Source: Octopus sinensis (taxonomy: Eukaryota). From it: 64,000 nucleotides of DNA. The translations under genes and the position numbers were made by a program. The number at the start of each line of letters is the position of its first letter. Within the stretch, counting starts at the first letter, position 1. The notes under the pieces are model-generated. The model worked only from the letters and a program-made list of their open reading frames with translations, had not been told where the DNA came from and searched no databases. The stretch lies in assembly GCF_006345805.1 (NCBI RefSeq), contig NC_043013.1, positions 8,556,001 through 8,620,000 of the forward strand, read 5' to 3'. Of the stretch, positions 24,430 to 37,663 are shown piece by piece.

Positions 24430-24907
24430 CTTGGATACGTTAAATCAGACATTTGCTCGGTCACGTTTGCTGTGGCGCTAAATAACTGCTTGTAAACACG
24501 TACATTTGTGACATCACACGCACACAAGAATATGTCTATATACGTGTGTGTGTGTGTGTGTGTGTGTGTACGCGCGTGTGCATACACAAATCGACGCAAA
24601 GTAGCATAGCCACAAACGACACATTTATGATTAAGTTAAACTCTGTTTTTACTTATCGTTTTTTTTTTCTTCTCTTCCCGTCCTCATCTTTCATATTCCT
24701 TTCTAGTTTCCTGTTTGCAACTCATTCCCTCTTACTGTATTTTTCTCTCCCGTTCTCTCTGTCTTTCATAAGGAGAAGGGGCACAAGGAATAATATTTTC
24801 TGAGTTTTTTTTTTTGACTTTGAGAAAAAAAATTTTTTTACAAATGTTCATAAACCTTACAAAAACTACATCAGCTAAGCAAATAACCTTCTCTAAATAC
24901 ATTAAAA

Positions 24908-25068
24908 GTGGAGGCGCAATGGCCCAGTGGTTAGGGCAGCGGACTTGCGGTCGGAGGATCGTGGTTTCGATTCCCAGACCGGACGTTGTGTGTATTTATT
25001 GAGCGAAAATACCTAAAGCTCCACGAGGCTCCGGCAGGGGTGGAGGGTCAGGGTTGTACTCTTTCGCC
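24908..25068 (+). mobile_element. SINE C head fragment
   Basis: GGAGGCGCAATGGCCCAGTGGTTAGGGCAGCGGAC..GGTTTCGATTCCC. Confidence 0.8.
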
Positions 25069-26137
25069 CAAAAGTAGCAGCCACTTGACTGTTCCAAACT
25101 TTCTCAACTTCAACAACAACTGTACTGAGTAATTTTGATTCCCCAAAACGATACAACTGTGCAAAACGACGATGCAATACTTAGAATGTAAAATTTCAAA
25201 CAAATAAGAAGAAAATAGCAAAATATCAAAAATTACTCATTTTGCCCCGCTTAGCCATTTTGTATTCCCAGCCATTACTCTTTCACACCTCTGTTCCTGA
25301 TCTCCCTCTCTCACACGCGCACACACGGAGTAATTCGACAAATAACGTTTACAACGGAATTATCCGGAAACAGCCGAAGTGTTCCTTTTTCCATTTTGCA
25401 AGCAGAAGATAACTTTATAAAGAAGAAAAGTTAATTGCTTAGAATCGTATCACTTTCGCTTCATTCCCAAACTCTTCACGCAGACGTCTAAAGTCAACAT
25501 TGAATGTTAAGTACCTTATTGAATTCATTGAAAAATATTCATTTCTTCTTTACTTGCTTTCAAAATTGTACTTAGCCAGTCGTCTATCACGAATCTACAA
25601 AGACAGCTTTCCAAAGAGGAAATTGATATTGTTTAGACCTTTTATTAGTCTGTGGTGTTGACATAGTCAATCACCATCCTCTTCAAAAGTTTAAACTGAA
25701 GGTAAAATACTTTATTAAATTCATTGAAAAATATTGAACAAAAGCAAATTAACTTATTTCTTTTGTAAAGTCATGGGTGGCGGTAATTGCATGCTTAGAA
25801 CTGTGTCAGTCTTGTTCAATAGCAGTTCAAATTACCGAACTGCTCGAGAAGCTATACAGCTATACATATACAATAATTGCAGGCATTTTCATTCTTTTAT
25901 TTCGAACAGCACAATCAGGAATATCAAACATACCTGAGCAGGGATGGAACATACGGCGTTAATGGTGAATAGGCTAGGATTAAGTGAATTGTACACGATA
26001 GCAATTCAGGTTCATCACCAAAAAGAAAAAAAAAGAAAGAAAAAAAAAGAAAAGAAATGGATATAAAATTCTTCTTCCTCTGTTTACCAAATGTAGCCGA
26101 ATGGTTAAGGAAAGAAATATATTTGTGTGTGCGTGTG

Positions 26138-26205
<68 letters not shown>

Positions 26206-27037
26206 TGTGTGTATAGGGGTCAGATTGGGGTCAGAAATATATTTGCGTGCGTGTACGTGCGTGCATATGTGTGTACCTGTGTGTGAATGTGTGTGTATAG
26301 GGGTCAGAATTATATTTGCGTGCGTGTGCACTCGTGCATGTGTGTGTACCTGTGTGTGTGTGTGTGTACCTGTGTGTGTATAGGGGTCAGATTGGTAATG
26401 GCCACTACGATGCTCTCTTTCCCATAAACAATTACGCGTATAAAGAGGGAAAAGAAACATCAGAAGATAATGAAAAAGAAAAGTAAAGAATTGAAGGTTT
26501 AAAAAAAAAATAATAATAATGGCGTTTAATAGTAAGAAAATATTAGAAGAAAGCGAAAAAAGATCGAAAAACGAGATTGCAGAAGATGAGGGAATGAAAG
26601 CGGAGGAGGAAAAGAGAAGAAGATTGTGGAGAGACAGAGAAATAAGATTGCAGAAAAAGAAGGAAAATTAGAGAAATAAAAGAAATAACACATGGAAATA
26701 AATATTAACAAAAAAAAAAAAAAATGACTAAGAAATAAGATTGCCAGGGGGGGAAAAAAAGGAGAAAAAGAAAGAGATATAAAGATAGAATAATAGAGCA
26801 GAGGAGAGAGTGAAAAAGATCGAAAGATAAGATTCGAAAAGAAAAGTTTTGCAGAGACAATTTGCAGGAAAAGTATGGACGGATGCAAATGCAGAGTTGA
26901 GCGTTTAATTATGATCCTAATCATGATTATGCATCCCTGGCCTCTGTGTGCAAAATATGATAAGTGTGGAACTAGAAAGGGGGACAAGGAATCGATATGT
27001 ATGTGTTGTTCTTCTAATAGTAAGGTGTATTTATCTA

Positions 27038-27288
27038 GATTTGATAAGCTTCAGGAAAGGCAGTGGTGAAGATTAGCGTCGGGAGTGGCAAAGGTAAAAT
27101 TTGATAAGCTTCGGGCAAAGGCAGTGGTACAGATTAACGCTGGGAATGGCAATGGTAAAGATAAGCGTGGGGAATCACAATAGTAAAAATTAGCGTCGGA
27201 AAAAGCGATTGTACTGATTAGTGTTGGGAACGGCAATGATAAAAATTAGCGTCGGGGGAAGCAATGGTTAAGATTAGCGTCGGGATCG
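27038..27288. repeat. Degenerate ~28-bp minisatellite (~9 units)
   Basis: Consensus approximately GATTAGCGTCGGGAATGGCAATGGTAAA. Confidence 0.8.
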
Positions 27289-27380
27289 ACCATATCTCCA
27301 CTCATCGTCTAGTGGCTTCCGTTCAAGCATTTCAACAATCTCACCATACCTACCTTTCATTGTCATTGTAGCTGTTTGGA

Positions 27381-27745
27381 AGGCGGCGAGCTGGCAGAAA
27401 CGTTAGCACGCCGGGCGAAATACTTAGCAGTATTTCGTCTGCCGTTACGTTCTGAGTTCAAATTCCGCCGAGGTCGACTTTGCCTTTCATCCTTTCGGGG
27501 TCGATTAGATAAGTACTAGTTACACACTGGGGTCGATATAATCGACATAATCCGTTTGTCTGTCCTTGTTTGTCCTCTCTGTTTAGCCCCTTGTGGGTAG
27601 TAAAGAAATAGGTATTTCGTCTGCTGCTATGTTCTGAGTTCAAATTCCGCCGAGGTCGACTTTGCCTTTCATCCTTTCGGGATCGATGTAATCGACTGGC
27701 CCCCTCCCCCAAAATTTCGGTCCTTGTGCCTAGAGTAGAAAAGAT
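27381..27745 (+). mobile_element. SINE-B monomer plus partial second unit
   Basis: GGCGGCGAGCTGGCAGAAACG head; junction GAAATA|GGTATTTC at ~27610. Confidence 0.88.
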
Positions 27746-28221
27746 TGTGGTTGTTTGAAAGTTGTGGACCCAACAAATATGATTTTAATTGACATATGGA
27801 AATGAAATCACACACACAACATGCAGAAATTTCAACGAAAAGATTTTACATGAATTTTTGCTTTGCACAGAAATTCATAGACGCTTGGAAACATTTATAC
27901 ACAGACAATGTTTTCAGCAAGTCTTGTGTTTCAAAGGAATGGTTTTTGAATGAATATCGTCCAACTCAAATTGCACAACTGTAGAGTGTTTTACCAGTCA
28001 TGCTTCAAATGGAGTAAGAAACTTTATTGACAAATGATAATGAATCGGTGAAGTCATGTTTGATGGGTGGTTGAGAAGCTTGCTTTGCAACCACTTCGTT
28101 TCGGTTTCAGTCCCACTGCGTGGTACCTTGGGCATATGCCTTCTAAGTATAATATCGAGCTGACCAATGCCTCGTGAACGTATTTGGTAGATGGAAACTG
28201 TGTAGAAGCCCACTGTGTATG

Positions 28222-28254
<33 letters not shown>

Positions 28255-28300
28255 AGTTGGTAAGCAAGCTACTTACCACACAGCCACTCCTGCGCCTATA

Positions 28301-28338
<38 letters not shown>

Positions 28339-28606
28339 GTATGTATGTATATAAGTATATATTAATGTGTATATAGATAGATAAATAGATAGATAGATAT
28401 TACAGATATATATATATATAATATGTATGTATATTATATATATTCTTACATACGTGTGTATATTTGTGTTTGTTTCCACTACTACTTGACAACTAGTGCG
28501 GGTTTGACGACCTGTCCGTAACTTAACGGTTCGTTAAAAGATACTGCTAGTATAAGTACCAAACTTTATAAGAAATTCGACTTGTGGTTGATTTGTTCGA
28601 CTAAAA

Positions 28607-29595
28607 CAGTGGTTCTCAACCATCTTTTGCCTACGGAAACCCTTTCATTCCAATTTTACTTTCTTGGTTCCCCCATAGCCATTCGATGAACCATATGGTT
28701 CCGGGTTCAGTTCCACTACGTGGGACAATGGACAAGTGTCTTCTACTACAGCATCGAGCCGACCAAAGACGGAAAATGGAGGAAGAAGCTGTCGTATTTA
28801 TGTATGTGTGTGTGTGTGTGTTTCTGTCTGTCTGTCTTTGTGTCAGCGTTTGTCGCCCCACCATCGCTTGACAACCGATGTTGGTGTGTTGACGTCCCCG
28901 TAACGTAGCAGTTCGGTAAAAGAAGCCGATAGAATAAGCATTAGGCTTACACAGAATAATCCTTGGGTCATTTCTTCGACTAAAACCCTTTAAGGCGGTG
29001 CTTCGGCAAACGACTGAATCAAATAAAAGGATAAAAGAATATTTTCATCTTTCTGTATATAAAGCTGAAGTTGTCTGTGTGTGGCAGGTTTGGTAGCCTT
29101 CAACTAACACTATCTCCTCCGAGACTCTGTGGTGCAAGTTGACCAAAATTAAGAGTATGATAAAAGAAGGCTTGCTCTTTATTCCGTAGAAGAAAAAAAT
29201 TCAAATAGAACCATGTTAAGACCAAAAATTATTTACATCAAAAGGTGCTTTTTTACTATGAAAATCCCTATTTTTTACGATTCTTTTACTGCTGTGTCGC
29301 CATTTTTCGGTGTATTTCAACCAGAAAAATGTTCACTTAAAGAGAACAACAAGCTAAATAATGCAAAAGTTTTACTTTTCAAAAATTCCAATTCTAAAGG
29401 GTCAAAAAGAAAATAAACCCGAGCAACGCCGGGCTATACTGCTAGTAATTAAATATTATTAAGAATCGTATAAGAAAGTTGTTAAAACATTTTGCGTATT
29501 GTAGAAGAATAACCAATTTGTTACACTTAAACTTTAATAATAAAATCTTCTGTGGACCCTCAAGGTTCATGTGGACCCCTGGTTGAGAACCACAG
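28607..29595. mobile_element. hAT (Charlie-like) MITE containing SINE A (28688-29040) and a Helitron
   Basis: TIRs CAGTGGTTCTCAACC / GGTTGAGAACCACAG; degenerate 8-bp TSD GACTAAAA/CACTAAAC. Confidence 0.8.
29048..29445 (+). mobile_element. Non-autonomous Helitron
   Basis: A|TC start, subterminal hairpin CCCGAGCAACGCCGGG, CTAG|T end, no TSD. Confidence 0.85.
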
Positions 29596-29668
29596 CACTA
29601 AACCCTTCAAGGCCCCTGTATGGTCGCAGTCCAATGATTGAAACAAGTAAAAGATAAATTATAATAAA

Positions 29669-29900
29669 GGTGGCGAGCTGGCAGAAACGTTAGCACGCCG
29701 GGCGAAATGCTTAGTGGTATTTCGTCTGTCGCTACGCTCTGAGTTCAAATTCTGCCGAGGTCGACTTTGCCTTTCATCCTTTCGGGATCGATTAAATAAG
29801 TACTAGTTACGCACTGGGGTCGATATAATCGACTTAATCCGTTTGTCTGTCCTTGTTTGTCCTCTCTGTGTTTAGCCCCTTGTGGGTAGTAAAGAAATAA
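29669..29900 (+). mobile_element. SINE-B monomer
   Basis: Full consensus; flanked by the repeated ATAAATTATAATA. Confidence 0.9.
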
Positions 29901-30219
29901 ATAAATTATAATAGATTTTTCTCCTGACAAAATTATTTCCTTTTCAACATATTTCAGCCAATGTTTTTTTCTGGTTTATTTATAACATTTCTGCACTTAA
30001 ATCAGTGCACACGTGAGTTAGATATACTTGGCCTGAAGACAGTTTAAGGATATTCGAAATTCTGATAGTTTATTTATCAAAAAAACATTTATCATCTTTT
30101 CTGTTATTGTTGTTTAACACAAGATTATGAAGTAGACTTATAATTTTAAAAAACGCATTATAGCCGTCCCCATCTTGTTTTTTTTTGTTTTTTTTTGGCG
30201 GGTTTCTTAGGTAGAACTA

Positions 30220-30570
30220 CCATTGTGCGGCGGCACCTTGGGCAAGTGTCTTCTACTATAGCCCCAGTTCGCCCAATACCTTGTGAGTGAATTTTCTAGA
30301 CAGATGGAAACTGTATGGAAATCCATCGTGTATAAATGCGCGCACGTGTATATAAGTGTGTGTCTGTGTTTACTCCTCTTCCAACAATTAACAACCGATG
30401 TTGGTTTGTTTACACACCAGTAACTTAACAAGTCGGCGAATGGGAGCGATATATGTCCCGGACTTTAAAAAATATACGAGTACTGAGGGCGACCTTGCTC
30501 GATTAAAACATTCAACGGAGCTCCAGCATGACCGCAGTACAATAAATGAAACAGGTTAAACATAAAGATA
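30220..30570 (+). mobile_element. Decayed SINE A
   Basis: GGCACCTTGGGCAAGTGTCTTCTACTATAG core and degenerate tail. Confidence 0.7.
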
Positions 30571-31156
30571 TATTTCAAAATTAATAATTGTACGTGAAAA
30601 TTAATTAATTATTTTTTTTTAAATTCGTAGCAGATATAATTGAAATGTAATATAATAAATAACATCGCGATAGATAAATAAAAAATAAATACATTAGTAA
30701 CAAGACAAAAAAAGAAAAAAAAACAAGTTTAATTAAATCAAATAAAAATTAGTATTTACGCCTAATAACATAATTATAAATAACTTGTTTGAATAATGCT
30801 TTTTTTTTTTTTTGGCAATTTGGTCTAATTTGTTAATGTTAATTGTTGTTAATTGGGTTGAATCGTCACTGAAATATAAATTATTATGCAACTGTAATGA
30901 GTGGAACACTGTTCTGAGATTTTGGGAGATTCCTTCGAACTTGTGCGTTCTAAGCCAGGAATAGGTAACACGTTTCGAGAAGTGAGCTGCATCATCAGGT
31001 GGGCCGCACTACAACGGAAAAAAATTCAAGATAATTTTTCGTTTAGGCATGCCATTTAGAAATTCTCGGGAGCCGCAGTTTTTCTAGGACTGTTTGTTCT
31101 AAGCTATAACTCGTTTCATTTATTCCAAAATCCAGTCGCAGTTGCAGTTATATACT

Positions 31157-31389
31157 TATTTCTTTACTATCCACAAGGAGCTAAAACACAGAGAGGACAA
31201 ACAAGGACAGACAAACGAATTAAGTCGATTATATCAACCCCAGTGCGTAACTGGTACTTATTTAATCGACCCCGAAAGGATGAAAGGCAAAGTCGACCTC
31301 GGCGGAATTTGAACTCGGAACGTAACGACAGATGAAATACGGCTACGCAGGTCGCCCGGCGTGCTAACGTTTCTGCCAGCTCGCCGCCT
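31157..31389 (-). mobile_element. SINE-B monomer
   Basis: 15-bp TSD TTGCAGTTATATACT (31142-31156, 31390-31404). Confidence 0.92.
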
Positions 31390-31469
31390 TTGCAGTTATA
31401 TACTAAGGTGGATTAAATCAATTCTCTTTTCTTCTAAAATGTGCAAAATTGATAAGTTTTCTTTATTCT

Positions 31470-33345
31470 TGCTATATGTTACAGTAGACGGTGATGCGTT
31501 TTATACAGTTCAGTGAATTACCTGCAGCAAAGACTGAACGTATTTTTCTATATTCTTCTTTCAGCAATCAAAAACTTGGGGCTGTCAATTACTATCTGTT
31601 ATGGTCAGTCTTGCGATGGAGCAAGCATCATAGTAGGTGAGCTGGCCAAGGCGGCGAGCTGGCAGAAACGTTAGCGCGCCGGGCGAAATGCTTTGCGGTA
31701 TTTCATCTGTCTTTTGCGTTCTGAGTTCAAATTCCGCCAAGGTCGACTTTGCTTTGCATCCTTTCGGGGTCGATAAATTAAGTACCAGTTACACAATGGG
31801 GTCGATATAATCCGTTTGTCTGTCCTTTGTTCGTCCCCTCTGTGTTTAGCCCCTTGTGGGTAGTAAAAAATAGGCATAGTAGGTGAAATATCTAGTCTCC
31901 AAACAAAGACTAGAGAAGCTCTCTTTACGCACTGCTGTGCACATACTTTAAATTTGATTCTGTTTGATGCAGTAAGCTCCAATATTCAAACCAAGTTGTT
32001 TTGTTTGGAACTCCAGAAAGTGTTTATACCATTTTCCCCGACAGTTTACTTCGTCTTTCAATGCTAGAAGAAGAACCGCGCAGTCAGATGAAATTTTTCG
32101 CACTAAAGAAACTTTGTGATACTAGATGGATGTCCAGAAAGTCAGCAGCAGAAGCAGTCTTACAGAATTTATCAACACTAGTAGTTGCTCTATAATGAAT
32201 CCTGGATGGTTAGAAAAAAAGCTGTAATCTTAAGCAACTCGCTGAGGCAAAGAGTATACTGCCAAAACTAAGTATTTATGAATTCTAAGTTGTTCCTATA
32301 TTTTGGAGTAGAATGCTAGAAAAGATTTTCAGTTTATCCACGTATTTATAGAAAAGTATTCTAGATCTGGTAACGGTTTCTCAGTTTATTCAGATTTTTG
32401 AAAAAGAAATGAAAGATATACGGAATGAGTTTGAATCTCAGTTCAAACAGATTGAAAATGAAGCAATTGAATTGGCTCAAATATTTGATGTTAGTACTAA
32501 ATACAGACAGAGCAGACAACGTAAAATTAAAAGATTCCATGACGAAATTGCAGAAGATGAAAGAATATATGATGCCAGAAAAATTTAATGATGAAGCCTA
32601 CTAAGTGTCCTTAGATTCCATTATGAATAGCACTGGTAAAAGATTTTTAAAATGTGGCTTCCAAATTGTATGTTTTAGGTCTAAAGCATTTTGACAACAA
32701 CGACGTATGCAGGCATCATATAGCTCATATGAAATCGTTTAGAAGTTTCTTTCATTCAAAGACATATACAAAGAAATAATGAGTAATAGGAGTAAAGCAA
32801 ATTCAAGTGTGGGGAAACTGACTGGCAACGATGTACTTAAAAATCCATGATTGCCGATAACCTGTGTTCCATTTATCCTGACCTGTCCATACTGTACCAC
32901 ATTTTTCTGACCTTACCAATTACTAGCACAGCTGCTGAACGATCCATTTGTTGGCTGAAACGAGCTGGCAGTAACGTTAGCACGCCGGGCGAAATGCTTG
33001 GGGGTTTTTCGTCTGCCGCTACGTTCTGAGTTCAAATTCCGCCGAGTTAGACTTTGCCTTTCATCCTTTCGGGGTCGATAAATTAAGTACCAGTTACGCA
33101 CTGGGGTCGATGTAATCGACTTAATCCGTTTGTCTGTCCTTGTTTGTCCCCTCTATGTTTAGCCCCTTGTGGGCAATAAAGAAATATGAAACAGATAAAG
33201 TCCTATCTTTGTTCGACAATGGGCGACGATAGATTGTCTTGGTTACCTTCGCTCTCCGTTGAAAGAGCCTTAGCTACTGACGTGGATTATAATAAAGTTA
33301 TAGATAACTTTGCTAGAATGAAACCTAGACGAAAGACACTGTTGT
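31470..33345 (+). pseudogene. hAT (Tip100/ZMYM1-like) transposase remnant interrupted by two SINE-B copies (31641-31874, 32962-33186)
   Basis: GQSCDGASIIVGE, FTHCCAHTLNL, LKKLCDTRW, LTLPITSTAAERS, KQIKSYLCSTMGDDRL..VIDNFARMKPRR (hAT dimerisation domain). 12-bp TSD CATAGTAGGTGA around the first SINE. Confidence 0.9.
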
Positions 33346-33349
33346 ATAC

Positions 33350-33757
33350 TCTCTCTCTCTTTTACCTTTTCCAGTCATTTGACTGCGGCCATGCTGGAGC
33401 ACCGCCTTTAGTCGAGCAAATCGACCCCGGGACTTATTCTTTGTAAACCCAGTACTTATTCTATCGGTCTCTTGCCGAACCGCTAAGTAACGGGGACATA
33501 AACACACCAGCATCAGTTGTCAAGCAATGCTAGGGGGGACAAACACAGACACACAAACAGACACACACATACACATATATATACATATATATATGACAGG
33601 CTTCTTTCAGTTTCCGTCTACCAAATCCACTCACAAGGCATTGGTCGGCCCGGGGCTATAGCAGAAGACACTTGCCCAAGATGCCACGCAGTGGGACTGA
33701 ACCCGGAACCATGTGGTTGGTTAGCAAGCTACTTACCATACAGCCACTCCTGCGCCT
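33350..33757 (-). mobile_element. SINE A, full length
   Basis: Family A consensus. Confidence 0.9.
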
Positions 33758-33917
33758 GAATATATCAGCTATATTCATAATTTTACTATACTTTATGCAA
33801 AGGAAGGATGATGATGAAATATTTTTAACACTTTTGCTCACAGCCCCAAAGTCAGACTAGGATATAACTCAAGGAAAACTACGTTTTGTGCGTGTATGTG
33901 TGTGTGTGTGTGTGTGT

Positions 33918-33958
<41 letters not shown>

Positions 33959-34140
33959 AATCAAGGTAATGTCCTGGTGTGATTTGGTGAAAATAATTGA
34001 ACGTATCTGAATTCAAACATACCCATTCCACAGAAACATATCTGTCTCCAAATTCTTTAGACCTGTGTTATCGTTGCTTCTTTTTCTTAGTAGCGATATG
34101 CGTGCGTGTATGTGGTGTGTTACATATATATATATATATC

Positions 34141-34207
<67 letters not shown>

Positions 34208-34219
34208 CATATCATATAA

Positions 34220-34476
34220 ATATTGATAGAAATGGTAAGACAACAAAAGAATGAAAGAGACCTCGATATTATGTAATAGAGGAATTTATCTGTAAATATG
34301 ATATGTGACAATTATTCAGTAGCTATGATAAAACTCCGAGTTTCGGATGTCGTGGCGGAAACCCACGCCGCCATCTCCTCAGTTATCCGGCCATCGATGG
34401 GTTTCCGCCCCGACATCCGAAACTCGGAATTTTATCATAGCTACTGAATAATTGCCACATATCATATTTACTGATA
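34220..34476 (-). mobile_element. PLE-like terminus, head-to-head inverted repeat, HHR motif at 34327-34387 (-)
   Basis: ~78-bp arms (34288-34365, 34398-34475). GATAA-CTGAGGA-GATG..CATC-C-GAAA-CTCGGAG-TT^TTATC. Embedded in (TA)n. Confidence 0.65.
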
Positions 34477-34494
34477 TAACATATATATATATAT

Positions 34495-34736
34495 ATTTCT
34501 TTACTGCCCACAAGGGGATAAACACAGAGGAGACAAACAAGGACAGACAAAGCGATTAAGTCGATTCCATCGACCCCAGTGCGTAACTGGTACTTAATTT
34601 ATCGACCCGGAAGGATGAAAGGCAAAGTCGACCTCGGCGGAATTTGAACACAGAACGTAACGGCAGACGAAATACGGCAACGCATTTCGCCCGGCGTGCT
34701 AACGTTTCTGCCAGCTCGCCATATATATATATATAT

Positions 34737-34770
<34 letters not shown>

Positions 34771-34902
34771 ACGGGACTTATTCTTTTCTAAGCCCAGTAC
34801 TTATTCTATCGGTCTCTTTTGCCGAACCGCTAAGTAACGGGGACATAAACACACCAGCATCAGTTGTCAAGCAATGCTAGGGGGACAAACACAGACACAC
34901 AA

Positions 34903-34945
<43 letters not shown>

Positions 34946-35111
34946 TACGACGGGCTTCTTTCAGTTTCCGTCTACCAAATCCACTCACAAGCCATTGGTC
35001 GGCCCGGGGCTATAGCAGAAGACACTTGCCCAAGATGCCACGCAGTGGGACTGAACCCGGAACCATGTGGTTGGTAAACAAGCTACTTACCACACAGCCA
35101 CTCCTGCACCT
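34495..35111 (-). mobile_element. SINE-B (34495-34720) and SINE A (34772-35111)
   Basis: Family consensus matches. Confidence 0.88.
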
Positions 35112-35147
35112 ATATATATATATATAATATATATATATATTATATAT

Positions 35148-35211
<64 letters not shown>

Positions 35212-35871
35212 TTATATATATCATGTAATATATGTATATATGTAAGGTATATGTATACATACCTTGATAATTTAGTGTTGTTTATCCCCTACTCAGATAA
35301 AATTTCAATTGAACAGCCCCTATGCCCAAAGACCTTCAGATTGCGACAATCACCTTTTCTCCGATACTTTTTATCCAACATGTCCTTCCTTTCTTAAAAC
35401 GACAGGATTTAATGTCATGGAGATGTGTGTGCATTTTTTTCTTTGTTTGTTTTGGCTGCTATTTCTAACAAATTGTGCAACTGCATTGAGACAGACAGAC
35501 AGAAGCTTTTTTCTATGGCTTCACACATAACGAACAGTGTTGCAGTATTCTTCTGCCGGATTATTGTTATCACTTCAAACATTGAGTATTACTAAACAAT
35601 CCATAACATAACACAAGCGTCAACTAGATTTCCTCTTAAGAACATCAGTGAAAAAACGTAATCACCAAAAGATTATTTTTATTTCTAGCTGTCCAACATT
35701 TCTAGTTGTAGCTAAACTTCTATATTTATCGATTTCTTAACAGTTATTTTATTTATTTATTTATTCATTTATTTATTTCCAATTTTTTTTTTAAACGAAT
35801 CAATTGTGTTTGTATAATATATTCTCTTTCATAAATATCTGTCAAAGCAAAAACGGAAAAAAAAACAATAG

Positions 35872-35874
<3 letters not shown>

Positions 35875-35942
<68 letters not shown>

Positions 35943-36138
35943 GTGTATTATGTATAAATGTATAATATTATATATAAATGTGATATATATATATTATGTA
36001 TATATATATATAAATGTAGATTATATATATATATTATATATAAATGTGTATATATATATAAATGTATATATATATATATATATAAATGTGTATAATATGT
36101 CCATGTATATATAACATAATATAATATATATAATGTTA

Positions 36139-36176
<38 letters not shown>

Positions 36177-36391
36177 GTATATATATATATATATATATAA
36201 ATGTATATATATATATATATATATAGAATGTGTATATATAATATATATTATATATATAATAAATGTATATATATATATATAATATATATATATATAATGT
36301 GTATATATATATTAATGTATATATATATATATTATATATATATATTATATAAATGTAATATATATATATATATATATATATATTAATAATG

Positions 36392-36445
<54 letters not shown>

Positions 36446-37187
36446 ATATACATACAAACACTCACGCTATATTTGTTGGTGTTTTTTTGGTGTTTTTAAT
36501 TAGGGGGTTAACAGTGTTGACTAACCCCTACCTTTGATTTCAGGGTCAACACATTTTAATCTGTGATGCCTTTTAGTTTAATTTTCTTTTATAACTGTCA
36601 GATGTTTTTTAATGTATTTATTTCATCACATCGATTTAGCAAAATAATGTGTATGTAAGTATGTATGTATGTATGTATGTATGTATGTATGTATGTATGT
36701 ATGTATGTATGTATGTGTGTGTGTATGTATGTATGTATGTATGTATGTATGTATGTATGTATGTATGTATGCATGTATGTATGTATGTATGTGTGTGTGT
36801 GTTTGAATGCATATGTGCACGTACGTATGCATGTATGTGTATATGTTCATGTATGTGTATGTGTGCATGTATGTATGTATATGTGTGCATTTTTGTATGT
36901 GCATGAGCGCATGTATGTATGCATACGTATGTATGCCTGTATGTATGTGTGTGTACATATGTATGTTCATTTTGTATATATGTTCGCATGTACACATGTA
37001 CGTATCTATGTAAGTGTGTGCATACCTTTTGTACGTATGTATGTATGTATTATGTATGTACGTATGTATATATGTAAGTACGTACGTACATATTTATGTA
37101 TGTATATACGTGCATATGTATGTACGTACGTACGTATTATGTATTGTGTATACATGTATGCAGTACGTATGTGTGTACATAGGTACG

Positions 37188-37218
<31 letters not shown>

Positions 37219-37225
37219 TGTACAT
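35875..37225. repeat. Long degenerate (TA)n (35875-36452) and (TATG)n (36648-37225) arrays
   Basis: Direct inspection. Confidence 0.95.
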
Positions 37226-37663
37226 AGCATATACCTGCAGTTTATCTTGTAGGAACATAAGTCTTATTTTTTTTTGCCATAAAATTTTAATGATGTTTTA
37301 TTTCATTATTGTTCTTCTTTTATCTGTTTTCCTTGTGTCCTAATTTATTTTCCTTTTCCTTTTCCTTTTTTTTTTTGTTTTTTGGTATGCGGCGATGATA
37401 TTCTGTAACCTAATTCGATGTGATGTTTAATATATATGTAAGCAACGTAGAAAGATATTACATTGTATTTACACACCGGAATGTTGTTGACATTCATTTA
37501 ACGAACTTTCAATGATCACTTTATCGAAATCTCTTTATTTCTTTATCGACCTAACAATCAGATAACGCTCGTCACAATTCGCTTCTATTGCTCCCTTAAT
37601 TGCGCTCTTCTCTCGCATATGGGTCCTAATTGTTTGACACTGTAGCCTTCTCATAATCTTGGC

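Larger units (their letters stand above)
28050..29660 (+). mobile_element. Old SINE A split by a hAT MITE and other inserts
   Basis: The SINE tail breaks at GTTCGACTAAAA (28606) and resumes CCCTTCAAGG..GAAACAAGTAAAAGA after 29595. Confidence 0.7.

Noticed and set aside
25127-25239. MITE with GAGTAATTTT..AAAATTACTC ends
   Set aside because: Short AT-rich inverted match, no clear TSD and no second copy.
30030-30070. CTGAAGA...GAAA possible HHR (similar weak cases near 39565-39600 and 41480-41530)
   Set aside because: Stems I-III cannot be formed convincingly.
31470-33345. Domesticated ZMYM1/THAP-type host gene
   Set aside because: Many stops and frameshifts plus two SINE insertions in the frame indicate a dead transposase.
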